Source: an uncultured Chitinophagales bacterium
Lineage (GTDB): Bacteria > Bacteroidota > Rhodothermia > Balneolales > HLUCCA01
Assembly: GCA_964473555.1 (NCBI GenBank)
Contig: CAYYPL010000003.1
Coordinates: 191,166-255,165, forward strand
Reading direction: 5' to 3'
Length of the DNA: 64,000 nt
Position numbers and translations under genes: made by a program. The notes under the pieces were generated by a model, which was not told the DNA's origin, did not search any database, and was given only the letters and a program-made list of their open reading frames with translations. Shown here in pieces: positions 19,357 to 28,450 of the stretch. Each line of letters begins with the position of its first letter. The stretch's first letter is position 1.

Positions 19357-19389
19357 GAAAAAGGGCTGAGACAATTTCTGCCTCAACCC
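19357..19389 (-). terminator. Rho-independent terminator of the TBDR gene
   Basis: The minus strand reads GGGTTGAG-11nt-CTCAGCCC followed by TTTTTC, about 60 nt after the stop. Confidence 0.6.
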
Positions 19390-19451
19390 TTTCTTCAGTT
19401 TTCTGTTTTCCGTGATCTCTTCTCAACAAAATCCTCAACAGTGGATTTTGG

Positions 19452-22196
19452 CTAGAACTTCAACGTCAGTCGAGAGTAGATATATCTACCATCAAATCCG
19501 AATGGGGTTAATCCACTATACTGGAAAATACCAAAGTTACTGCTAGGTTGCAGGGTTCGGTCTGGATACACATCGAAGAGGTTGTTCACCCCAACAGCAA
19601 AACGTGTACCCGTAGCAACCTCTCTGGAAATCTCCAGGTCGGTGATGAATTTTTCGCTGTACGTCTGATCCAGGTTAGGATTTGAGGTGTGATAAGATTT
19701 ATACTCACCAAATCTGTTCACACGGATCAATACATCCCAGGCGTCTCTGGACACACTTATCGAAGACTGAATCGAACTACTTGGCTGACCTTCTTCATAC
19801 CGTCCTTGCTCTACGCGTCCGAATAGCGGTACTGAGGTGTATTGTGCCAGAGCAGATGGTGTGGTGATTTCATCTTTGTTCGTGATCTCTGTCTGAGTGA
19901 TGTTTGCTCCCAGTGTTGTCCGGATGGTATAATCCTCAACCTGAATAGCATATCGGGCAATGATATCAACTCCAGTAGTTCTTGAGTCCACCGCATTGGT
20001 GAAATAGCGACCACCGGTAGCATTTACACCCTGAGTAGATAAGAAACTTTGCAGTGATCCACCCGGACCAGAGCCGGTAAAGTTCTCACTAACTACTACC
20101 CTGTCTGTGATGCTGATGTTGTAATAGTCAGCTGTTAGACTGAAATTACCACGCTGGAAGGTTACTCCTCCACTGAGGTTAACTGATTTTTCGGCTTCCA
20201 GATCTATAGCTCCCAAAGCACGTGCGGCCGGACTACTAACTGGGAAAGTTCCAATTTCAAATGGAATTCCATTGATAAAGTTTGTAGAAACCGCTGAGAA
20301 ATACGACTGTGCCAATGATGGTGCACGGAATCCGGTACTAAATGCTCCACGCACTGCCAGGCCTTCGATAAACTCATATCGTCCGCTTACTTTACCTGTA
20401 AAGATGGATCCAAAGTCAGAATAGTTTTCGAAGCGAAGTGCGGCACCCATCAAAAGTTGTGAAGTGATGTCATTCTCTGCATCGAGGTAAAGTCCGATAT
20501 TTGTCCGTGATTCATCTGTGGCGTTTCTTGGGGTAAATCCAGGAAATACCTGGGCACCAGGAGCTTTTCCAGCAACGGGTCCCGCTACAAATGAAGGTGC
20601 TTCACCAGCCTCGATCTGATAGTTTTCGTATCTGAACTCAGCTCCCATAGCCACAGTCATCGGACTCGCCGTCCCAATTTCCAACGTTCTGACCATATCA
20701 AAATTGGTACTAGCCTGTGTAAAGATCAGAGCTCCAGCATAGAATTTGGATGGGCTTGTCGGACCAAATGATGCGTTCAATGATTTATTGACCCCGAACT
20801 CAAGTCGGTTACGACCAATGGTCTCACTCAAATCGTAGTTCCATTCGCCCATACTTCCACGAACTCCTGTTGCAACAGAAAAGTCAGATATATTGGTCTC
20901 GATATGCGGTAAAAATCCGTCGGGATAAATCTCCAGGGTGTTTCGGGCATCCAATGCACGGCGATAGAATCCTGCTGCACTACCCTGACGATTCGATAAA
21001 CCACCAAATGCATACCAGGTTTTGTCATCACTGATGTCATATTCAGCATTATAGAATAAACTTAAGTCCTGGAGCTCGGCACTTCCGTACTTGTGGTTGA
21101 TTCTGTTGAATGTAGCCTCCCGTGGATCGTTCGCAGTGGGATATTGTTGGCGTGGGTCCAATCCTGCTCGGTTTGTCGGATCCTGATTACGGAACTGACC
21201 AGCAATATAGAAATTCCCTCTCTCTCCAAGATCTCCACCGTATCCAAGGTGCAAGCTAAGACTCTTACCGTCGGTGTAGGTTACTTTATCTTCCAGGAAC
21301 CGTGAGTTTCCTGCCCAAGACTCTGGAGTTCCATTCATCGGTAGCGCCTCGTTGGTTTTATAACCACGCTGAGTCACGCTATAGTTTTGACCATAGGTCA
21401 TAGATGCATCGAATCCGCTATCTTTTTTTAACACGATATTAATCACCCCTGCAATGGCATCAGAACCATACTGGGCAGCTGCACCGTCACGCAGAACTTC
21501 AATACGCTCGATCATATTTGAGGGAATCGCGTTCAGGTCAACACCCGTTGCACCACGTCCGACAGATCCGTTCAAGTGGACCAAAGCACTGGTATGGCGA
21601 CGCTTTCCGTTTACCAGAACCAATACCTGGTCAGGGCCAAGTCCACGCAATGTAGCCGGATTCACATGATCCGTTCCATCGGTGACCGACGACTTTGGCG
21701 AATTGAAACTAGGCACTAGCTGACGAATGATCGCTGTGGTTTGCATATAGCCAAACTGCTCCAACTCAACCCCGGATATCACGTCAACTGGTACAGTCGA
21801 CTCGATCACTGTCCGTTCAGTCGATCGTGTTCCCAAAACGATGATATCATCAGCACCAATGAGGTCAGGATTCATATCAAAGTTGAGGTTTACCGTTTGT
21901 CCGGCTGCAACTGTTACACTTTGGCGCAGTGGCGCATAACCCACAAATGTAGCCCTAAGCTGATAGGTTCCAGCTGTCAGGGTGAGTGAGTAGGCACCTT
22001 CGAGATTAGCCGTCGAACCTCGTGTTTGTCCCACGACCGATACATTTGCCCCGGTTAATACCTCTCCGTTGGTGGCATCTCGTACAATGCCCGTTACGGT
22101 TCCCGTTGACTGAGCTACCAAATCCATAGTAGCCGTAAACAACATCACCGCAATAGCCAGGCTAAAAGCCCGCATGCTGTAGTAGTTTTTTTTCAT
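19452..22196 (-). CDS. TonB-dependent receptor with CarbopepD_reg N-domain, substrate unknown
   Basis: N-terminal VTGIVRDATNGEVLTGANVSV, a plug domain, the C-terminal residues LTLKF with terminal Phe, 914 aa. Confidence 0.85.
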   Translation of the reverse strand: MKKNYYSMRAFSLAIAVMLFTATMDLVAQSTGTVTGIVRDATNGEVLTGANVSVVGQTRGSTANLEGAYSLTLTAGTYQLRATFVGYAPLRQSVTVAAGQTVNLNFDMNPDLIGADDIIVLGTRSTERTVIESTVPVDVISGVELEQFGYMQTTAIIRQLVPSFNSPKSSVTDGTDHVNPATLRGLGPDQVLVLVNGKRRHTSALVHLNGSVGRGATGVDLNAIPSNMIERIEVLRDGAAAQYGSDAIAGVINIVLKKDSGFDASMTYGQNYSVTQRGYKTNEALPMNGTPESWAGNSRFLEDKVTYTDGKSLSLHLGYGGDLGERGNFYIAGQFRNQDPTNRAGLDPRQQYPTANDPREATFNRINHKYGSAELQDLSLFYNAEYDISDDKTWYAFGGLSNRQGSAAGFYRRALDARNTLEIYPDGFLPHIETNISDFSVATGVRGSMGEWNYDLSETIGRNRLEFGVNKSLNASFGPTSPSKFYAGALIFTQASTNFDMVRTLEIGTASPMTVAMGAEFRYENYQIEAGEAPSFVAGPVAGKAPGAQVFPGFTPRNATDESRTNIGLYLDAENDITSQLLMGAALRFENYSDFGSIFTGKVSGRYEFIEGLAVRGAFSTGFRAPSLAQSYFSAVSTNFINGIPFEIGTFPVSSPAARALGAIDLEAEKSVNLSGGVTFQRGNFSLTADYYNISITDRVVVSENFTGSGPGGSLQSFLSTQGVNATGGRYFTNAVDSRTTGVDIIARYAIQVEDYTIRTTLGANITQTEITNKDEITTPSALAQYTSVPLFGRVEQGRYEEGQPSSSIQSSISVSRDAWDVLIRVNRFGEYKSYHTSNPNLDQTYSEKFITDLEISREVATGTRFAVGVNNLFDVYPDRTLQPSSNFGIFQYSGLTPFGFDGRYIYSRLTLKF

Positions 22197-22550
22197 TAAT
22201 TCTCCTGTTATTTTGGTTTTTCATCACATCTATACCGAGAGTGGATGTTACTCTCAGCGTTATCAGACAATGTGCTGGAACAGCGATATCACTGCCAGCT
22301 CAAAGACCTAAATGACTCGATACATCCATTCGATGGCTAATATAAACAATTGTTGAAAAGTTCCAATTATTACAAGTTTGAAGTATCAATAAATTATAGA
22401 GTTGCCGGAAAGCTTTCAGATTGATTCATTGCATATTTACCCAACTTTTCTATCTTTCCGTCAGTGACAGAGCCCATTTGTACGGAAAGCTGGATGCACA
22501 TCTGTTTTGTCACCTTTTTTTAATCCATAAGCCGAACAACGACACTATCT

Positions 22551-24251
22551 ATGAAGCGCTTAGTTGAACTATCAATACTCCTGTACTTTTTAATCGTACC
22601 TGGAGTGACTTTAGCCCAGGTCGGGTACATGAAATCATTTGATCACGCAGCTGTTGTAAGTGCCACTCAACAGGCATCAGAAGCAGGGATAGAAATCCTA
22701 CGCAAAGGAGGAAACGCAGTAGATGCAGCCGTTGCAACTAAATTTGCCCTGGCTGTTACATTCCCGGCTGCCGGAAACATCGGAGGTGGCGGTTTTATGG
22801 TTTATCGTGCCGCAGATGGTACCTCCGCGACCCTCGACTTTCGTGAAATGGCTCCCGCAGCTGCACATCGTGACATGTACCTGGATGCCGGGGGTGAAGT
22901 CGTCGATGGTCTGAGTACCTACGGACACTTGGCCTCAGGCGTACCCGGAACGGTAGATGGGATGATTACTGCGCTTCAAAAGTATGGTTCACTGCCTCTG
23001 GATGTGGTGATAGAGCCGGCGATTCGACTTGCTCGCGAAGGGTTTAATTTGTCGTGGCGCGAGGCGACTGCATTGAACCGAAACCGCTCCCGATTCGCAT
23101 ATTTTGAATCCTCTTCGAAGTATTTCACCAAGCCTGAGGGCGAACAATTTGTAGAGGGTGAACTTTTCAAACAGGAGGACCTGGCACAAACCCTGGAACG
23201 AATCGCCAGTCAGGGTCGGGACGGATTCTACGCTGGAGAAACAGCAGATTACATCGTCGCTGAAATGCAGAACAATGGTGGAATCATTACTCACGAGGAT
23301 CTTAAGAACTACAAAAGTGTCTGGCGCGATCCACTGAAGGTGAACTATCATGACTACGAACTGTTGATCATGGGACCACCAAGCAGCGGTGGTATCGCTT
23401 TGGGACAAATGCTTAAAATGCTTGAACCCTACAACCTCAAGCGACTCGGTTACAATACTCCTGAAACGGTCCATTTAGTCACTGAAACGATGCGTCGGGT
23501 ATACGCCGACCGAGCTGAATTCCTGGGTGATCCTGACTTTTATGATGTTCCTGCCAATGAACTTTTGACGACCAGATACGCCCGTGAACGCATGCAGTCG
23601 TTTAATCCGGCACGAGCAAGTCGCAGCGACGAAATTTCGCATGGTCAACCCCTTGCCTGGGCCGAGTCAGAAGAAACGACCCACTTTTCGGTAGTAGATG
23701 CCGCTGGAAATGCAGTTTCCATTACTACAACCCTCAATGGTGGATATGGATCGTACGTCTCAATAGGTGGGGCTGGATTCCTGATGAACAATGAAATGGA
23801 CGATTTTTCGATCAAGCCGGGATTTCCGAATATGTTTGGTCTGGTTGGAGGCGAAGCCAACTCCGTTCAACCGGGAAAACGTATGCTAAGCAGCATGACT
23901 CCAACAATCGTGAGTAAAAGTGGAAAACTCACTATGATTTTGGGTACTCCTGGAGGGTCAACCATTATCACGACCGTACTTCAAGTGTTTTTAAATGTCG
24001 CTGAATACGGAATGAACATCCAACAGGCTGTGGCTTCACCCAGATTTCATCATCAGTGGCTGCCAGATCAGCTTTATTTTGAGCCCTTTATGTTTAATCT
24101 ACATACCAGGGAACGACTACATTGGATGGGGCACAATCTTAGTGAACGGAGTTATTACACGGGTCAAGCTGATTGTATTCTTGTAACAGAGTCAGGCCGT
24201 ATTGATACCGGTGTTGATCCACGGGGTGATAATTACGCTGCAGGCTATTGA
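22551..24251 (+). CDS. ggt: Gamma-glutamyltranspeptidase
   Basis: Signal peptide. The autoprocessing site ETTHFSVVDAAGNAVSITTTLN and the GGxxMNNEMDDF motif are present. Confidence 0.9.
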   Translation: MKRLVELSILLYFLIVPGVTLAQVGYMKSFDHAAVVSATQQASEAGIEILRKGGNAVDAAVATKFALAVTFPAAGNIGGGGFMVYRAADGTSATLDFREMAPAAAHRDMYLDAGGEVVDGLSTYGHLASGVPGTVDGMITALQKYGSLPLDVVIEPAIRLAREGFNLSWREATALNRNRSRFAYFESSSKYFTKPEGEQFVEGELFKQEDLAQTLERIASQGRDGFYAGETADYIVAEMQNNGGIITHEDLKNYKSVWRDPLKVNYHDYELLIMGPPSSGGIALGQMLKMLEPYNLKRLGYNTPETVHLVTETMRRVYADRAEFLGDPDFYDVPANELLTTRYARERMQSFNPARASRSDEISHGQPLAWAESEETTHFSVVDAAGNAVSITTTLNGGYGSYVSIGGAGFLMNNEMDDFSIKPGFPNMFGLVGGEANSVQPGKRMLSSMTPTIVSKSGKLTMILGTPGGSTIITTVLQVFLNVAEYGMNIQQAVASPRFHHQWLPDQLYFEPFMFNLHTRERLHWMGHNLSERSYYTGQADCILVTESGRIDTGVDPRGDNYAAGY

Positions 24252-24405
24252 CGCGCTTGCATATCAAAATCCAGCAGCGGTAAACAGACAACAGTAAACT
24301 GTAAACAGCCATGCAGTTTATCTCATGCTCGTAGTGCATCAAATAACTCTTAAAACAATTTTGACTACTGTTTACTTGCCTGAATACTACTATAATCTGG
24401 CTGGG

Positions 24406-24506
24406 CCGTTTACAGTTTTCACTCGGCTTCGCCTCTTGATTTTCGTTCAAAGACTGCGTGGCTTTGCCACTTGTGTTTGAACTCCAATTCCGTTTTCACT
24501 TTACTG
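24406..24506 (+). repeat. About 100-nt structured intergenic repeat element, copy A
   Basis: About 85-90 percent identical by eye to 37121-37221 (reverse complement) and 41206-41300. The shared core is TTCGTTCAAAGACTGCGTGGCTTTGCCACTTGTGTTTGAACTCCAATTC. Confidence 0.9.
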
Positions 24507-24511
24507 ATTTT

Positions 24512-25882
24512 ATGCTAGACACGTTTAAATCCCAATTACGAACCGAATTTCCAGAGTATGCCGAGGTTGTGATTCGGGCACTGGGTGAAGACCAGACGGT
24601 GTCTGTCAGGGTGAATCGGGCGAAGGAGTTGACGGGTGGGCTGGAAGCGTTGCAAAGCGCGACCGGGAATGTGGAGTGGGAACCTGATGGATATTACCTG
24701 GCTGAGAGACCGCAGTTTACGCTGGATCCCGCGCTTCATGCCGGAGCTTATTACGTACAGGAAGCGTCTTCGATGGTGGTAGGAAGCATTGCGCGTGAGC
24801 TGTTGTCGAAGATTCCGGGTCGGCGACGGATTCTGGATCTATGCGGTGCCCCAGGTGGCAAAGCCACACACCTGGCCTCGTTACTTCGTTCCAATGACTT
24901 GCTGGTGACCAATGAGGTCATCCGCTCCCGGGCTTCGATCCTGACCGAGAACATCACCAAATGGGGAGCTCCGAATGTGGCGGTCACCAGCAACGATCCG
25001 TCGCACTTTGCGGCCCTGGGGTCGTGGTTTGATCTGGTCGTAGTCGACGCTCCGTGTTCGGGAGAGGGATTGTTCCGCAAGGATCCGGCCGCAATCGACG
25101 AGTGGTCGCCGGAGGCGATCACCCACTGTGCGCTGCGGCAGCAGCGCATTCTCGACGACATCTGGCCAGTGCTGAATCCGGGTGGATACCTCATTTACAG
25201 TACATGTACCTATAACCGCCAGGAGAACGATGAGCGTGTACTAGAGTTGTTGCGCACCGGCCAGGCAGCGTCCGTGCGCCTGTCGCCCCACACTCTCCCC
25301 GGCGTTGTTGAAGACCATACCCCGGCATCGCCCGGCGGACACGAAGCCTGGATGTATCGCTGCTTCCCGGGACTGGTCAGAGGCGAGGGACAGACCATCT
25401 CGGTGCTTCGTAAACTGCACACAGCCAAACCCGAATACGGATACGATTCGCCTGGGGTGCGCTTCCGGCTCGAAGAAGGTCCGGCGTCGGGCCTGGTGGC
25501 TCTGATGGACCCAACCCTTGACTATACGACGCTTCGTAATGCGAAGGTGTCGTTTGTGGTACTGAGGGACATTGCCCGGGAGGTTGAGGAACTAAGCCGG
25601 GCACTGCAGGTGGTCCATGTCGGGGTGCCCGATGCGGCGCCGGACCGTCCGCCTCACGCCCTGGCAATGAGCATCACCTTCAACCGGGATTCCGTGGCTT
25701 CGCTTGAGGTTACTACTGAAATGGCGCTGCAATACCTCCGCCGTGAAAGCATTCCGGTAGACAACACCGCTCACGGACTCGTCTGCATCAGCCATCAGGG
25801 ACGCCCTCTGGGATTCGGCAAAGCCGTTCGAGGGCGATTGAACAACCATTATCCGATGGAATGGCGCATCAGAATGCGGTAA
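24512..25882 (+). CDS. rsmF: NOL1/NOP2/Sun-family rRNA cytosine-C5 methyltransferase (RsmF/RsmB-like)
   Basis: Motifs YYVQEASSM, LDLCGAPGGKATHL, DAPCSGEGLFRKDP and YSTCTYNRQEND. The start is moved to the ATG at 24512 because the GTG at 24458 lies inside the repeat element. Confidence 0.8.
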   Translation: MLDTFKSQLRTEFPEYAEVVIRALGEDQTVSVRVNRAKELTGGLEALQSATGNVEWEPDGYYLAERPQFTLDPALHAGAYYVQEASSMVVGSIARELLSKIPGRRRILDLCGAPGGKATHLASLLRSNDLLVTNEVIRSRASILTENITKWGAPNVAVTSNDPSHFAALGSWFDLVVVDAPCSGEGLFRKDPAAIDEWSPEAITHCALRQQRILDDIWPVLNPGGYLIYSTCTYNRQENDERVLELLRTGQAASVRLSPHTLPGVVEDHTPASPGGHEAWMYRCFPGLVRGEGQTISVLRKLHTAKPEYGYDSPGVRFRLEEGPASGLVALMDPTLDYTTLRNAKVSFVVLRDIAREVEELSRALQVVHVGVPDAAPDRPPHALAMSITFNRDSVASLEVTTEMALQYLRRESIPVDNTAHGLVCISHQGRPLGFGKAVRGRLNNHYPMEWRIRMR

Positions 25883-26127
25883 AATGGACCTTTATGCGTA
25901 TTTTTAAAATCCAATGCTAGTTTAAAGTCCGTTGTTCACAACGAAATAACGGTGTCATCCAGGCTCATATTTGTCTATACATACAACATATCATGGACAA
26001 ATGAATCACAACTCTTGCAACTCACAACGTTTCTCAGTCCATATTACAAAGTAAATTTTCTCAATCAGAATCACTATCACTGGCAAGGATAGTTTCACCT
26101 CATCACTCAATCTAATTTTCAACTCGT

Positions 26128-26565
26128 ATGATCAAAGCTGAAATCGAACTCAAAGACGGCGTTTTAGGTATTGAACTTTTCGATGACGATGCACCGGGCA
26201 CAGTAGCCAATTTTGTAAAACTTGCGAAATCCGGATTCTACAACGGACTTAGCTTCCACAGAGTTATTCCGGATTTTGTGGTACAGGGTGGTTGTCCGGA
26301 AGGCTCTGGACGCGGTGGACCTGGATACACCATCAAGTGTGAACTCGATGGGGTAAAGCAATTTCACGATCGCGGAGTTTTGTCGATGGCACACGCTGGA
26401 CGCAACACAGGTGGGTCTCAGTTTTTTATCTGCCACAGTCGCAAAAACACGGCTCACCTCGACCGAAATCATACCGTGTTTGGGAAAGTAGTGGATCATG
26501 TCGATCTCATCGATGGGATTCGTCAGGGTGAGAAAATGATCGAAGTTCGTATTCTGGAATCATGA
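26128..26565 (+). CDS. ppiB: Cyclophilin-type peptidyl-prolyl cis-trans isomerase
   Basis: Motifs [28 protein letters not shown] and HTVFGKV. Confidence 0.9.
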   Translation: MIKAEIELKDGVLGIELFDDDAPGTVANFVKLAKSGFYNGLSFHRVIPDFVVQGGCPEGSGRGGPGYTIKCELDGVKQFHDRGVLSMAHAGRNTGGSQFFICHSRKNTAHLDRNHTVFGKVVDHVDLIDGIRQGEKMIEVRILES

Positions 26566-27023
26566 TCCATTTTACGGAACAACGCCAGGAATTCCTTGAT
26601 GCACTCAACAGACTTTCCCCGGATACACTGCCGGCTTTTGGAATGATGACTCCGCAACATATGGTAGAACATCTTTCTCAGGCGATCAGTATTTCGAATG
26701 GGGATCGTACGATACGACTCATGGTCGACGAAGACCGTGCAGCCAAACAAAAACGCATCATGATCTACAGTGATCGTCCCTTTCCGATGGGAATGCAGGC
26801 TCCGGCTATGGAAGGGAAACTGGCGAAGTTACGGTTTGATAGTCTGGATGAGGCAAAAGAAGAGCTCATCAGACACATGAACAAGTTCGACACCTGGCAC
26901 CGGATCAATCCGGATGCCGGGTGTATACATCCATTTCTGGGTTTACTAAATCATCAGGAATGGGTGAAGTTTCATTCAAAACACATAACGCATCATTTTA
27001 AGCAATTTAATCTTGTGGCATAG
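26562..27023 (+). CDS. DUF1569/DinB-superfamily protein
   Basis: ATGA overlap with ppiB. The helical 153-aa protein ends in [12 protein letters not shown], typical of DUF1569-like proteins. The assignment is from memory only. Confidence 0.45.
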   Translation: MIHFTEQRQEFLDALNRLSPDTLPAFGMMTPQHMVEHLSQAISISNGDRTIRLMVDEDRAAKQKRIMIYSDRPFPMGMQAPAMEGKLAKLRFDSLDEAKEELIRHMNKFDTWHRINPDAGCIHPFLGLLNHQEWVKFHSKHITHHFKQFNLVA

Positions 27024-27039
27024 CCCACAAGATTAAATT
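27004..27039 (+). terminator. Perfect 15-bp hairpin enclosing the stop codon
   Basis: AATTTAATCTTGTGG-catagc-CCACAAGATTAAATT. The TAG stop (27021-27023) lies in the loop. Confidence 0.6.
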
Positions 27040-27352
27040 AGTAAACAGAAAAGAGTAACCTGTAAACAGCCCAACCGTGAACAGGAACAAGTCTTTAGTT
27101 TTTATTTTGCTTTGGTATACAGTTTCCGACCAAAGACTTCTTAGTTTCACCATTCATTACTAATCTTGGGCCGTTTACCGGTTACTGTTTTCTGTTTTCT
27201 GTTTTCTCACAGATATATTAAATCAACCAACTTTTTCGTTTAAAAACTACCCGTTAACAGGGCTCACAAGCAACTTGTATTGTAGCGAAGTTCGTCGGGG
27301 TTGTTTATTTTATCACATTAACATTCATTCACACGTTTAAGGTATTCCTCTT

Positions 27353-28237
27353 ATGAAGCGCGTTGCTTTATTTTTGTTAACAAACATTGCTGTAATTCTG
27401 GTAGCCAGTATCACCCTGTCTATACTGGGTGTTGGTTCCTTCCTGGATGAGTCGGGAACAAACTTAAATCTGACATCCCTACTTATTTTCTGTTTTGTCT
27501 TTGGTATGACGGGATCATTCATTTCCCTGCTGTTATCCAAAAAAATGGCAATTTGGTCAACAGGTACCAAAATTATCGACGCTCCGCGCACCCGTGAGGA
27601 GCATTGGCTGGTCGATACCACTCGTGAACTTGCCCAAAGAGCTGGAATCGGAATGCCTGATGTTGGAATTTTCCCGTCTGAACAATCAAATGCCTTCGCT
27701 ACGGGCTCCAACAGAAATAAAGCTCTGATGGCAGTTAGCTCGGGTATGCTTCAACGCTTCAATAAAAATGAACTTCGGGCTGTAATCGGACACGAAATCG
27801 CCCATATCGCGAACGGTGACATGATCACTATGACCTTACTCCAGGGTATTATGAACACCTTTGTGATGTTCCTGGCCAGAGTTGCCGGATTCATCGTAGA
27901 CCGAGTGATCCTTAAGAACGAACGGGGGCTCGGAATAGGTTTTTATATCACCACCATCGTGATGGAGATCCTGCTGATGATTCTGGCTTCAGTCATTACC
28001 ATGTGGTTCTCAAGACAACGTGAATATCGTGCAGATGCAGGGGCCGCGTCACTCACAAGCAAGGAAGACATGATTGGCGCCCTGAGATCACTCAAACGTG
28101 AAATGGGAATGCCTGACCAGATGCCGGAAAGTCTGAGCGCTTTTGGAATCAATTCAGGCCAGCGCTCTGGACTTAAAGCACTTTTTATGACGCACCCTCC
28201 GCTGGATGAACGTATCACAGCACTGGAAAAATTGTAA
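27353..28237 (+). CDS. htpX: M48 zinc protease HtpX
   Basis: HEIAHIANGD (HExxH), four hydrophobic segments, and the C-terminal THPPLDERI motif. Confidence 0.9.
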   Translation: MKRVALFLLTNIAVILVASITLSILGVGSFLDESGTNLNLTSLLIFCFVFGMTGSFISLLLSKKMAIWSTGTKIIDAPRTREEHWLVDTTRELAQRAGIGMPDVGIFPSEQSNAFATGSNRNKALMAVSSGMLQRFNKNELRAVIGHEIAHIANGDMITMTLLQGIMNTFVMFLARVAGFIVDRVILKNERGLGIGFYITTIVMEILLMILASVITMWFSRQREYRADAGAASLTSKEDMIGALRSLKREMGMPDQMPESLSAFGINSGQRSGLKALFMTHPPLDERITALEKL

Positions 28238-28245
28238 CAGTACTC

Positions 28246-28276
28246 AAGGCGGCTCAAAAAAAGGCCGCCTTTTTTG
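28246..28276 (+). terminator. Rho-independent terminator of htpX
   Basis: AAGGCGGC-loop-GCCGCCTT followed by TTTTT. Confidence 0.8.
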
Positions 28277-28450
28277 TCTGATCCAAAAATATGTATGAAG
28301 GATACCAAGCTGGATAATGGAATGTTATCCATACATAAACCGAGTATGAACAACCTGGGAGCCATATTGAATGACGTTGTCCGTCGAATCGGTTATATCC
28401 TTTCTGGTCCACTGATTTTTATAACTAATAAACCATCAGATATCAAATAA

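Noticed and set aside
22197-22340. A riboswitch (cobalamin or TPP) in the leader of the 19452-22196 TBDR. The region upstream of the 38809 TBDR was also checked.
   Set aside because: I read the minus strand for a B12 box (GCCACTG, AGGGAA/GGTG blocks) and for THI-box blocks and found none. Only generic hairpins are present (GCTGG...CCAGC and CTGAGAGT...ACTCTCGG).
24139-24450. A conserved small peptide NENQEA(K/E)PSENC, translated from all three copies of the 100-nt element (ORFs 24139-24450, 37131-37370 and 40991-41329).
   Set aside because: The similarity only reflects nucleotide identity of the element. The ORFs have unrelated N- and C-termini, lack consistent starts, and extend into low-complexity repeats. 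A non-coding element is the simpler explanation.
24536-25849. A cluster of long alternative-frame and antisense ORFs (for example 24751-25194, 25377-25667, 25592-25849).
   Set aside because: They lie entirely inside the well-supported rsmF-like CDS, and their Arg/Pro/Gly-rich composition is typical of out-of-frame reading of GC-rich DNA.
28285-28340. The hairpin TATGTATG...GGATAA-TGGAATG-TTATCC-ATACATA and an embedded 8-codon mini-ORF (MYEGYQAG) upstream of the 28451 gene.
   Set aside because: The structure is short and interrupted by a 14-nt bulge, and the mini-ORF has no supporting features. There is too little evidence to call a leader peptide or an RNA element.
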